The position numbers and the translations under genes were made by a program. A stretch of 64,000 bases of DNA from an uncultured Candidatus Saccharibacteria bacterium (GTDB lineage: Bacteria; Patescibacteriota; Dojkabacteria; SC72), in assembly GCA_964621195.1 (NCBI GenBank), contig CAZULJ010000001.1, forward strand, positions 97,200 to 161,199. Reading direction: 5' to 3'. Positions 1 to 7,473 of this stretch are shown here, piece by piece (position 1 is the first letter of the stretch; each line of letters opens with the position of its first letter). The notes under the pieces were generated by a model. That model was given only the letters and a program-made list of their open reading frames with translations, was not told the DNA's origin and ran no database searches.

Positions 1-1
1 A

Positions 2-427
2 ATGTCATCTGAGATATATTTACAACCATACAGGGCAATAGATTCCCATTTGCAGGGATACATTAAAGTAATAAACCTTGGTAATACAATAATTGATAGT
101 GTAGAGATTGTAAAATCAAATCCGGATATAACAGAATATATGGATTTTGTAGAAAACAATACCTCAAAAATACTACTACCGGGAGAGAGCATGGAAATAA
201 AGTTTAATATCCCCTCTCAGGAAATTACCACCCCATTCTATACAGTAGTGAAAGGAATAAGTGGCAACTTAGAGACGGACGAGATATATACAGAGAAAGA
301 GATTGAGATATTAGAGCAAAATATTACATTAGATATCTTCGCAAAACTACTATCAATCTTAATATATTTCATACTAGCAGTACCTATATATTTCGTAGTT
401 AACAAAATGACAAAGAAATATGGATAA
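2..427 (+). CDS. hypothetical surface protein, 5' end truncated by the window edge; Ig/CARDB-like beta-rich region and C-terminal TM anchor
   Basis: ORF track. Hydrophobic C-terminus (LLSILIYFILAVPIYFVV). Overlaps the next ORF by 8 nt, suggesting translational coupling. No recognisable catalytic motif. Confidence 0.4.
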   Translation: MSSEIYLQPYRAIDSHLQGYIKVINLGNTIIDSVEIVKSNPDITEYMDFVENNTSKILLPGESMEIKFNIPSQEITTPFYTVVKGISGNLETDEIYTEKEIEILEQNITLDIFAKLLSILIYFILAVPIYFVVNKMTKKYG

Positions 428-836
428 CTCAGTAATAATAACAATCTTAATAGTAGGATTAGTAATAGTACTCTTTGTAATGGCTAGAATAAATAGCTTA
501 CAAGTACCAACCAGAAAAAGAGAAAAGATACAAAAAGCCCTTAAAGAATTAGACCTTCAAATTCAAAGTCAAGATCTTTACGCTAGAAGAGATGCGATAA
601 TAAGGTTAGACAATCTACTTAGTAAGGCTTTACAAACAAGATATAGAAATGATAGCAGCTGTGGGGACAATCTTAAGAATGCAAAAAAACTATTTAAAAA
701 AGAAGATTATCAAAAAGTATGGGATGTTCATAAAATAAGGAATGCAATAGTACACAAAGATGAAGATATAAGCTATGATAGTGCTCAAGAAGCATATAAA
801 GTATATAAAATGGCAATAACAAAAGTATTAGGATGA
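420..836 (+). CDS. membrane-anchored HEPN-like protein (DUF4145-type Rx4H motif)
   Basis: N-terminal TM helix (VIITILIVGLVIVLFVMA). Helical C-terminal domain with HKIRNAIVHKDED, which fits the Rx4-6H HEPN motif. 4-nt overlap with both neighbours. Confidence 0.5.
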   Translation: MDNSVIITILIVGLVIVLFVMARINSLQVPTRKREKIQKALKELDLQIQSQDLYARRDAIIRLDNLLSKALQTRYRNDSSCGDNLKNAKKLFKKEDYQKVWDVHKIRNAIVHKDEDISYDSAQEAYKVYKMAITKVLG

Positions 837-1465
837 AAATAAAAACATTGTGCATATTACCAATAATTTTTCTCTCACTAACTTCATTTGTTCAGGCAGA
901 TCAGGTACCTGTAGTTGTTGATGAGGAAATAGCAGAGGAGGAATCAATACCTGTAGTAACAGAAGATACAGAGAAGAAGGCTGTAACAAGTGAGAACCAA
1001 TACTTTGAACTAGAGTTAGTAAGAGGACCTCAAAATGCACTAAATAAAACAATACCATACACACTATATATAACTCCTAAAATAGAGTCCGAGAAGACTC
1101 AAATACTTTGGGAGGTTCCATCTACATTAGGAGTAAAACCCTCTCATAGAGAGTTTGTAACACTTAACAAAGATGAAACATATAAATTCAAAGCTACTAT
1201 ATCTCCACAAAGGGAAGGAACCTATGATGTGACTGTTAACATTGTCTCTTGGCAATACAATACAAACTATACAAACAGTGTAAGCTCAACAGTTACACTG
1301 AGTGAGAACCTACTAGTTCAACCGGTTGACTCCGAATACACCGTTAGCATTTTACTTATGGTTGTTTTGGGAATATTGCTACTTGCTGCAGGAGCTTTCT
1401 TTGCATATAAATCTTCTGACAAGTTGATAAAGAGATTAAAGATCTGGCTTACGCCACCTTACTAA
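833..1465 (+). CDS. secreted/surface protein with signal peptide and C-terminal TM anchor
   Basis: Signal-like N-terminus (MKIKTLCILPIIFLSLTSFVQA). Beta-rich middle. C-terminal hydrophobic helix followed by basic residues. Confidence 0.45.
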   Translation: MKIKTLCILPIIFLSLTSFVQADQVPVVVDEEIAEEESIPVVTEDTEKKAVTSENQYFELELVRGPQNALNKTIPYTLYITPKIESEKTQILWEVPSTLGVKPSHREFVTLNKDETYKFKATISPQREGTYDVTVNIVSWQYNTNYTNSVSSTVTLSENLLVQPVDSEYTVSILLMVVLGILLLAAGAFFAYKSSDKLIKRLKIWLTPPY

Positions 1466-1739
1466 GTCTCTCTTTTATATCCGCAATATCCTTTTCAAGC
1501 CTTTCTACTCTTTCTAACAAAGACGCTTCTTTGTAACTTGGGGTTAGAAAATAATCTAAAGGTTTAACAAGTGTCTCGGAAAGCTTTTTTAGAACTTCTA
1601 AGTTCGGATATGATCTTGATGATTCATAGGAACTAATCGTCTTATCAGACAGTCCAAGAGCAAGACCTAAGCTTCTTTGAGAAAGCCCATACTCCTCTCT
1701 TGCTTTTTTTAATCTAAAACCAAAATCTTTAGGAGACAT
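1449..1739 (-). CDS. XRE-family helix-turn-helix transcriptional regulator
   Basis: LKKAREEYGLSQRSLGLALGLSDKTISSYESSRSYPNLEVLKKLSE is a typical HTH_3 core. C-terminal coiled coil. Confidence 0.7.
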   Translation of the reverse strand: MSPKDFGFRLKKAREEYGLSQRSLGLALGLSDKTISSYESSRSYPNLEVLKKLSETLVKPLDYFLTPSYKEASLLERVERLEKDIADIKERLSKVA

Positions 1740-1741
1740 AT

Positions 1742-2296
1742 TTACTTAATCAACATATTAAGTATTTCTTTTAGAAAATCTAAAAATGATTGCCTCTCTT
1801 TTACGACATGTACCTCTTTTCTACCTACGGAATAAACATCAAAACCTTCCTCATATCTTTTTAAACTATCGTTTAAATTGTATGGATTTTTTAACTCCTC
1901 TCTCAACTCCTGAATTATTGAGTTCTTTTCGTTTAGTAAAACTCCGCTTTGTTCGATTTGATTTCCCAAATCTTCAATTCTTTGCAACAATCTTCTTTCA
2001 GTAACCTGTAAGTTTCTCAGTTGGTCTTCTATTCCAGAAATCTTTTTAGCATTAGCAATTAACTTGGTATGCTCTTCGGACTTTAATAGCTTCGTTCTGA
2101 TATCATCCTCTGACATTGCACCATATTTGTAATAGGAAAGCTCTCTAGTACTAGGTTTTCTACCAAGTACTTCTTGATATACACTCTCAATCATTGGAAC
2201 GCGGTCTGAAGGAAGATCACTGAAGGAACTTTTCTTTCCCCCACTACTGTAATCATCATTTGTATCTTTGAAAAAATCCTCACCACCGGTTAACAT
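1742..2296 (-). CDS. coiled-coil protein with DUF4214-like N-terminal motif
   Basis: Motif VYQEVLGRKPSTRELSYY recalled as DUF4214-like (unverified). The rest is predicted coiled coil. Abuts the XRE gene, so a likely operon. Confidence 0.4.
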   Translation of the reverse strand: MLTGGEDFFKDTNDDYSSGGKKSSFSDLPSDRVPMIESVYQEVLGRKPSTRELSYYKYGAMSEDDIRTKLLKSEEHTKLIANAKKISGIEDQLRNLQVTERRLLQRIEDLGNQIEQSGVLLNEKNSIIQELREELKNPYNLNDSLKRYEEGFDVYSVGRKEVHVVKERQSFLDFLKEILNMLIK

Positions 2297-2347
2297 ATCT
2301 AATTATACAGTAGATAAGGGAATTTTTCACTAACACTCGGGGTTTAC

Positions 2348-2415
2348 AAAAAACTGGAGCGGGGCACTGGAGGAAGTCCGAACCGCAATCGAAAACGGAA
2401 CCCTCATAGTGCCCC
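2348..2415 (-). terminator. putative intrinsic terminator downstream of leuS
   Basis: On the minus strand an 8-bp GC stem (GGGGCACU/AGUGCCCC) is followed by GCUCCAGUUUUUUG. The loop is unusually large (39 nt) and carries the 45-nt motif shared with 5090-5134. Confidence 0.35.
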
Positions 2416-2461
2416 AAAAGTCGTTTATTCCTAACTTTATTAATTTTCAGATTTAAAGTAT

Positions 2462-4348
2462 CTACATTGTAAAATTGACGATTCGTCCTTTTACATATGT
2501 ATATTTTGTATCAGAGTCAACACCGTACTTAATCACCGCTTCTATCGATTTTAATATTATGGCTTTCTCATTGTCATTTATTACCTCTAATTCCCCTCTC
2601 TTTTTACCATTGATCATTATAATAATTTTCTTCATTGATGTTTCAATTAAATCAGTTCTCATTACAGGATATTTTTGCAAATGAACAGATTGCTTTTCTC
2701 CTACCATCTCCCACAACTCCTCAGTGATGAAAGGAGCAAATGGTGCAAATAATTTAACAAAATCCTTCCAGATGAATATATCTACCATTTCATCTTTATT
2801 AATTTCATTAACAAAATCCATTATTCTACTAATTGCTACATTCCAGTTATACTCATGAAATGATCGACTAATTTGAGAGATTGCCTTATTAAACGCTTCT
2901 TTAACTTCGTTTCTAACAGGATAACCCTTTCCATCGACTTTATTTACACCTATTCTATATATACGGTTTAAGAATCTATGGATACCAGGAATAATGACTG
3001 GATCCCAAGGAACATTTTCTTGGAACGGTGCTGCAAATTGCGTAAACAACCTCAATGTATCTGCTCCGTATTTATTAACCTCTGTATCCATATCAGGTGC
3101 ATTAGCCAATCTTTTTGAAAACTTTCCACCATCTTTTGCTACTACCAATCCACATCCAATATAAGTGTTTACAGGTTCTTCTACATCTAAATAACCGATA
3201 TCATACAAAAACATCGCAATGAATCTTGCATAGATCAAGTGAGCGGTATAATGCTCTTGAGCGCCTTGGTACCAATCAATGGGAAACCAATTTTTTACAA
3301 TTTCTTTTGAAAATGGCTCAGTTTCATTTGTTGGGTCAAAATACCTATACATATACCATGCAGAACTAACAAAAGTATCCATGACATCTACTTCTCTTTG
3401 TGCTTTTCCTCCACACTTGGGACAAGTTCCACCTTCGTAGAAATCTTGGTGCTTTTTCAAGGGAGCGGTTCCCGTTGGAATATAATTAACATCATAAGGC
3501 AAAATCACTGGAATATTTTCAATTGGAACTGGCTGTTCACCGCACTTATCACAGTAAACAATAGGAATTGGCGTTCCCCAATATCTCTGCCGAGAAATAC
3601 ACCAATCGTGCAATCTATATTCTACATCTCCGTTCTTTTTTACTTTTCCTATCCATTGTTTATGCAACTTCTTGCCTGTTTCTGGCCAGTCCAAAGAGTC
3701 AATTCCTTTATATAATCTTTCTTGATATTTTGTGATTTTAAAATACCATTGCGTAATCTTTTTAGTCGTTATCGAGTTTCCACATCTTTCACAAGTACCA
3801 CCTTCAATAATTTGTTCCTTTGAAATAACCGTTTTACAGCTATTACAATATCCAACCTCGTCATTTGATCTATATGCTAATCCTTTTTCGTACAACTTCA
3901 AAAATAACCATTGAGTCCATTTGTAATAGTTAATATCAGCTGTATTTAAATATGTTTCTTCGTTGTAACTCAACCCTATTCGTCTGTATTGTCTGTGGAT
4001 ATTTTTAATGCTACTGTCCGTCGCATCTTTTGGATGAATACCTGTTTTAATAGCATAATTTTCCGCAGGCAATCCAAAAGTATCATACCCCATCGGGTAG
4101 AACACATTGTAACCATTCATTCTGTGGTATCTTGCAATCATATCAGTACCTCCAAAACTCTCGGTATAGCCTACATGAACTCCTTTCGCTGATGGGTAGG
4201 CGAATGTATCCATACAAAAGTATTTGGGCTTACTTTTATCAATTGCCTTTGTATAGTCTGACGATTTGGAATAAAGAGTCTTCTCCCAAATATCTAACCA
4301 TTTTTCTTCGATTGTTTTATGGTCATATACGACATTTTCCGTTTCCAT
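2462..4348 (-). CDS. leuS: leucyl-tRNA synthetase, short form apparently lacking the CP1 editing domain
   Basis: Class I aaRS with LeuRS-type zinc knuckle (CNSCK...CERCGN), the QWYFKIT, RQRYWGTPIP and KFSKR (KMSKS-like) motifs, and a HIGH-like HVGY. It is 628 aa, against roughly 800+ aa for typical bacterial LeuRS. Confidence 0.9.
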   Translation of the reverse strand: METENVVYDHKTIEEKWLDIWEKTLYSKSSDYTKAIDKSKPKYFCMDTFAYPSAKGVHVGYTESFGGTDMIARYHRMNGYNVFYPMGYDTFGLPAENYAIKTGIHPKDATDSSIKNIHRQYRRIGLSYNEETYLNTADINYYKWTQWLFLKLYEKGLAYRSNDEVGYCNSCKTVISKEQIIEGGTCERCGNSITTKKITQWYFKITKYQERLYKGIDSLDWPETGKKLHKQWIGKVKKNGDVEYRLHDWCISRQRYWGTPIPIVYCDKCGEQPVPIENIPVILPYDVNYIPTGTAPLKKHQDFYEGGTCPKCGGKAQREVDVMDTFVSSAWYMYRYFDPTNETEPFSKEIVKNWFPIDWYQGAQEHYTAHLIYARFIAMFLYDIGYLDVEEPVNTYIGCGLVVAKDGGKFSKRLANAPDMDTEVNKYGADTLRLFTQFAAPFQENVPWDPVIIPGIHRFLNRIYRIGVNKVDGKGYPVRNEVKEAFNKAISQISRSFHEYNWNVAISRIMDFVNEINKDEMVDIFIWKDFVKLFAPFAPFITEELWEMVGEKQSVHLQKYPVMRTDLIETSMKKIIIMINGKKRGELEVINDNEKAIILKSIEAVIKYGVDSDTKYTYVKGRIVNFTM

Positions 4349-4359
4349 GTTTTTATTAT

Positions 4360-4695
4360 ATTAAAAATAAAATAAAAAATCCCTCTGTGTGTTTGATATT
4401 TCTTACACACAAAGGGATGAACGGATTAATGTCCATGGTACCACCCTAATTTGACTGCATAGTTGCCTATACAATCCTTTATAACCACTCTCAAAACTGG
4501 AAGAGATAAGTAAGCACAAATGTGCCTACGAACCACTCCGTTAAGGATATGGTCTGTCAAATTTATTCGGTTTGCTTCCGTCAGGTTCTACTTATTAGTA
4601 ACTTACTAATTTTCTTCCTGCTACTCCCCGGCGAGTTTACCTTCGGCCATTACAGCGAGAAGACTCCGGATCATCGTATTAAATTAAAATTATTA
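4360..4695 (-). promoter_or_regulatory. T-box riboswitch leader of leuS
   Basis: Minus-strand RNA contains AAUUAGGGUGGUACC (T-box consensus AAUUAGGGUGGNACCGCG). An overlapping terminator (CCCUUUGUGUGU...ACACACAGAGGG plus U-run) sits just upstream of the leuS ATG. Confidence 0.7.
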
Positions 4696-4744
4696 TACTA
4701 AATATTATATTTTTAGGCAAATTTAAGTTTTTATTAATACTCAG

Positions 4745-4954
4745 ATGAATAAACTTAAACCTCAAGCTATATTTGACTTCATGAAAGTCTACTATGAAGT
4801 CACTGGCAAAGTTATCCCCTATGAACAAGCAGAAGATGAGGCAACACGACTTATGAGATTGATGACTCTAGTTTTGACTAGCGACAAGATTCGAGCCATG
4901 AAAATGCAGATAGCACGGACTAAAGCTAATGCAGAAGAGATTAAAAATAGATAA
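4745..4954 (+). CDS. small helical hypothetical protein (69 aa), copy 1 of a duplicated gene
   Basis: Paralog of 6517..6732. The last ~50 codons are nucleotide-identical between the copies; the first ~20 codons have diverged. Confidence 0.5.
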   Translation: MNKLKPQAIFDFMKVYYEVTGKVIPYEQAEDEATRLMRLMTLVLTSDKIRAMKMQIARTKANAEEIKNR

Positions 4955-5098
4955 CTACAGCTCTAATTTGTTGTCAAATTTTTTAAATCTTTAAAAAAAG
5001 GGATATCTCAGATATGCGGTTTTGTCTTTGCCTTAGGACTTTCCGGTGATTTTGATGCATCGCTTGCGATATATCGTCTACGATGTATGGAGCGGGGC
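4745..5098. repeat. direct repeat DR1 (~355 bp; 293 bp perfectly identical to DR2)
   Basis: 4806..5098 is identical to 6584..6876. 4745..4805 against 6523..6583 is ~85% identical. Contains short palindromes (CGATATATCG, ATCGTCTACGAT) near its right end. Confidence 0.9.
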
Positions 5099-5172
5099 AT
5101 TGGAGGAAGTTCGAACCGCAATTGAGAAAGGTGAAATCAAATATATTCCATCAAATCTACATATTCCAAAGT

Positions 5173-5832
5173 TTATGAACTTTTATCAAGCATTTTAAGT
5201 AAATCAAAAAGATTATTTATTTTTATTTTGACAGAATCCAATATCTCCTTAGGTGTATTACTATTTGGATATAGAATAGGCATTCCAAGTTCTTTAAGCA
5301 ACTGTTCATCACTATCGCCGTCTCCAATTATTGCGTATTGATCTAGTGTGTGGTTGTGCAAACTTGCGAAGTTTTTAACCTGATTAAGTTTTAACCCTGC
5401 TTGGTCTACCTTATAATCAATACCTGATAAATCTCCATTATTATCCCAGAGAAGCTTTGTATTAGAAAACCAATCAGATACTCCAAGTTTCTTTGAGATT
5501 GTTTCTACATATAAGTCCATTGAGCCCGATATGACCACAACTTTATATTTAGATTGTAAGGTTGCGATTACTTCAAATGCTTCTGCACGTACTTCAATTT
5601 CATCAAAAATTCTCTGAACGTTTTTTCTAGTTGCATTACCTGTTTCTACCCAACATTTTGTTACTAAATCATTTGCAGTTTGTATATCAATCTCATTTTT
5701 TCGAAGCTGGTAAAGATATTTAATAACCATATTGAAATCTGCTCCCAGTTTGTCTGTTAGTACCTTCCAAGAAATTTCCTCTACAAGTGTGCCATCGATA
5801 TCAAAAAAGATTGTATTTATATCTGATTTCAT
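5173..5832 (-). CDS. HAD-superfamily phosphatase
   Basis: N-terminal FFDIDGTLV (HAD motif I DxDGT). C-terminal GDGDSD (motif IV). Confidence 0.8.
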   Translation of the reverse strand: MKSDINTIFFDIDGTLVEEISWKVLTDKLGADFNMVIKYLYQLRKNEIDIQTANDLVTKCWVETGNATRKNVQRIFDEIEVRAEAFEVIATLQSKYKVVVISGSMDLYVETISKKLGVSDWFSNTKLLWDNNGDLSGIDYKVDQAGLKLNQVKNFASLHNHTLDQYAIIGDGDSDEQLLKELGMPILYPNSNTPKEILDSVKIKINNLFDLLKMLDKSS

Positions 5833-5836
5833 AATT

Positions 5837-6436
5837 TTATTTACTTGTAGCTCTAGTTAAATAATAATTATCCATACCCTCGTTGAATAATCGATCGAGA
5901 TGTGAAACTAGATCCGTAATAAAATCAAATTCATAGCCTTTTGTACTTGCAATTTGTACATCAAACATCTTCTTTATCCAGTTATGAGAATTTCCTTTTT
6001 GCTTATAATCAACTAGCTCTAGAATTATAGCAATGCCATCACAAAGCATTAATAGATCTTGTTCAGGTTTTGTAAGTTCGGGTAATACTATCCCAGAATC
6101 ATTTAACATTTCGGTTTTAACTTTTTTCTCAGCCTTTTTGAAAATCTCACGAATATCTGTATTTTCAAAATATTGTTTCCAACTTCTGCTTCCTGTTGGG
6201 ATATCGCCAATAACCGATTCCTGCCAGTCATGTGTAATAGCATGAGTAACTACATTTGAAACGTTGATACCTGCGACTTTGCTACCTAATAGAAGCACTA
6301 AGTTAGCAACCTTAAATGAATGTTCGGCAATAGATTCTGTTTGGTTTGTGTTTATACCTGCAAATAAGGTAGGGCCAGTCCTCTTAATGTATTTAAGATT
6401 GTTTAGTGTTTCAATAAGTTTGATAATACTGTCCAT
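5837..6436 (-). CDS. HD-domain phosphohydrolase, YfbR-like 5'-deoxynucleotidase family
   Basis: ESIAEHSF...H...D HD signature. Length and motif spacing fit YfbR/HDDC2-type nucleotidases. Confidence 0.7.
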   Translation of the reverse strand: MDSIIKLIETLNNLKYIKRTGPTLFAGINTNQTESIAEHSFKVANLVLLLGSKVAGINVSNVVTHAITHDWQESVIGDIPTGSRSWKQYFENTDIREIFKKAEKKVKTEMLNDSGIVLPELTKPEQDLLMLCDGIAIILELVDYKQKGNSHNWIKKMFDVQIASTKGYEFDFITDLVSHLDRLFNEGMDNYYLTRATSK

Positions 6437-6516
6437 AGGCTTTTATTCATAATTTAATACCTTAGTTTACCATCTTGAATAGATTTAATAAAACTAAGTA
6501 TTAAATTATTAAAATA

Positions 6517-6732
6517 ATGTCTATGAAGAAACTTAAACCAGAGGCAATTTTAGATTTCATGAAGGTCTACTATGAAATCACTGGCAAAGTTATCCCCTAT
6601 GAACAAGCAGAAGATGAGGCAACACGACTTATGAGATTGATGACTCTAGTTTTGACTAGCGACAAGATTCGAGCCATGAAAATGCAGATAGCACGGACTA
6701 AAGCTAATGCAGAAGAGATTAAAAATAGATAA
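6517..6732 (+). CDS. small helical hypothetical protein (71 aa), copy 2
   Basis: Paralog of 4745..4954. Confidence 0.5.
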   Translation: MSMKKLKPEAILDFMKVYYEITGKVIPYEQAEDEATRLMRLMTLVLTSDKIRAMKMQIARTKANAEEIKNR

Positions 6733-6876
6733 CTACAGCTCTAATTTGTTGTCAAATTTTTTAAATCTTTAAAAAAAGGGATATCTCAGATATGCGGTTT
6801 TGTCTTTGCCTTAGGACTTTCCGGTGATTTTGATGCATCGCTTGCGATATATCGTCTACGATGTATGGAGCGGGAG
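6523..6876. repeat. direct repeat DR2, ending 9 nt inside the 3' end (CCA-discriminator-acceptor) of tRNA-Gly(TCC)
   Basis: Identity with DR1 runs through TGGAGCGGG, then diverges (tRNA body here; a tRNA-junction-like motif after DR1). Confidence 0.9.
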
Positions 6877-6941
6877 ACGGGACTCGAACCCGCAACCCTC
6901 TGTTTGGAAAACAGACATTCTAACCATTGAACTACTCCCGC
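6866..6941 (-). tRNA. tRNA-Gly (anticodon UCC), CCA encoded
   Basis: Hand-folded cloverleaf: acceptor GCGGGAG/CTCCCGC, anticodon stem TCTGT/ACAGA with loop TTTCCAA, T-loop GGTTCGAGTCC. Confidence 0.85.
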
Positions 6942-6953
6942 ATTGAGTAGATT

Positions 6954-7361
6954 TTACTCTGCACTCTCCTCTTTTTCAACTTCCTCTCCAACAACAGGAA
7001 CCTCAACCTCATCAGTTAAATACAAGTCCTTAAGATTAGATACCTTAAGAGCTCTTCTTCCCACCCTATCTTTAAGGTAGAATAACTTAGATTTTGTAAC
7101 AGTACCTCTTTTTACAACCTCAATCTTCTCTAAAAGATTGGAATGCATAGGTACAACTCTTTCAACACCTACTCCATAAGATATCTTTCTTACAGTAAGT
7201 GTCTGATTCATTCCCGAAGATTTCATGGAGATAACAACTCCTTCAAAAATCTGTATTCTTTCCTTGTTACCTTCCTTAATCTTCATGTGTAATCTAACGG
7301 TGTCACCGACCTTTACATCTGGTCTCTTCTTTAGCTGATCCCCCTCTATTTTCTTCATCAT
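6954..7361 (-). CDS. rplS: 50S ribosomal protein L19
   Basis: VKVGDTVRLHMKIKEGNKERIQIFEGVVI is the L19 core, with a C-terminal acidic tail. Start placed at the internal Met (MKKIEG), because the longer ORF would run into the promoter region. Confidence 0.85.
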   Translation of the reverse strand: MMKKIEGDQLKKRPDVKVGDTVRLHMKIKEGNKERIQIFEGVVISMKSSGMNQTLTVRKISYGVGVERVVPMHSNLLEKIEVVKRGTVTKSKLFYLKDRVGRRALKVSNLKDLYLTDEVEVPVVGEEVEKEESAE

Positions 7362-7473
7362 ATTTATATCCATGTCTTTTGTAGTAATATATAAAAACAT
7401 AATAATTATTATGCACCGGCTATTATAGAATAATTTTCTAAATTATGCCACAATATACAGGAATAAAACTGCC

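Noticed and set aside
2475-4449. Several 60-105-aa ORFs antisense to leuS (2475-2684, 3398-3715, 3732-3914, 3989-4192, 4132-4449)
   Set aside because: They lie entirely within, or antisense to, a well-supported 628-aa aaRS gene or its T-box leader. Low-complexity, Phe/Ile/Leu-rich translations typical of AT-rich antisense frames.
5090-5134. Calling the 45-nt motif copies tRNA pseudogenes
   Set aside because: Only the terminal 9-mer and a GGTTCGAAC element resemble tRNA. Stem spacing does not permit a T-arm/acceptor fold, so they are described as junction-like motifs rather than tRNA fragments.
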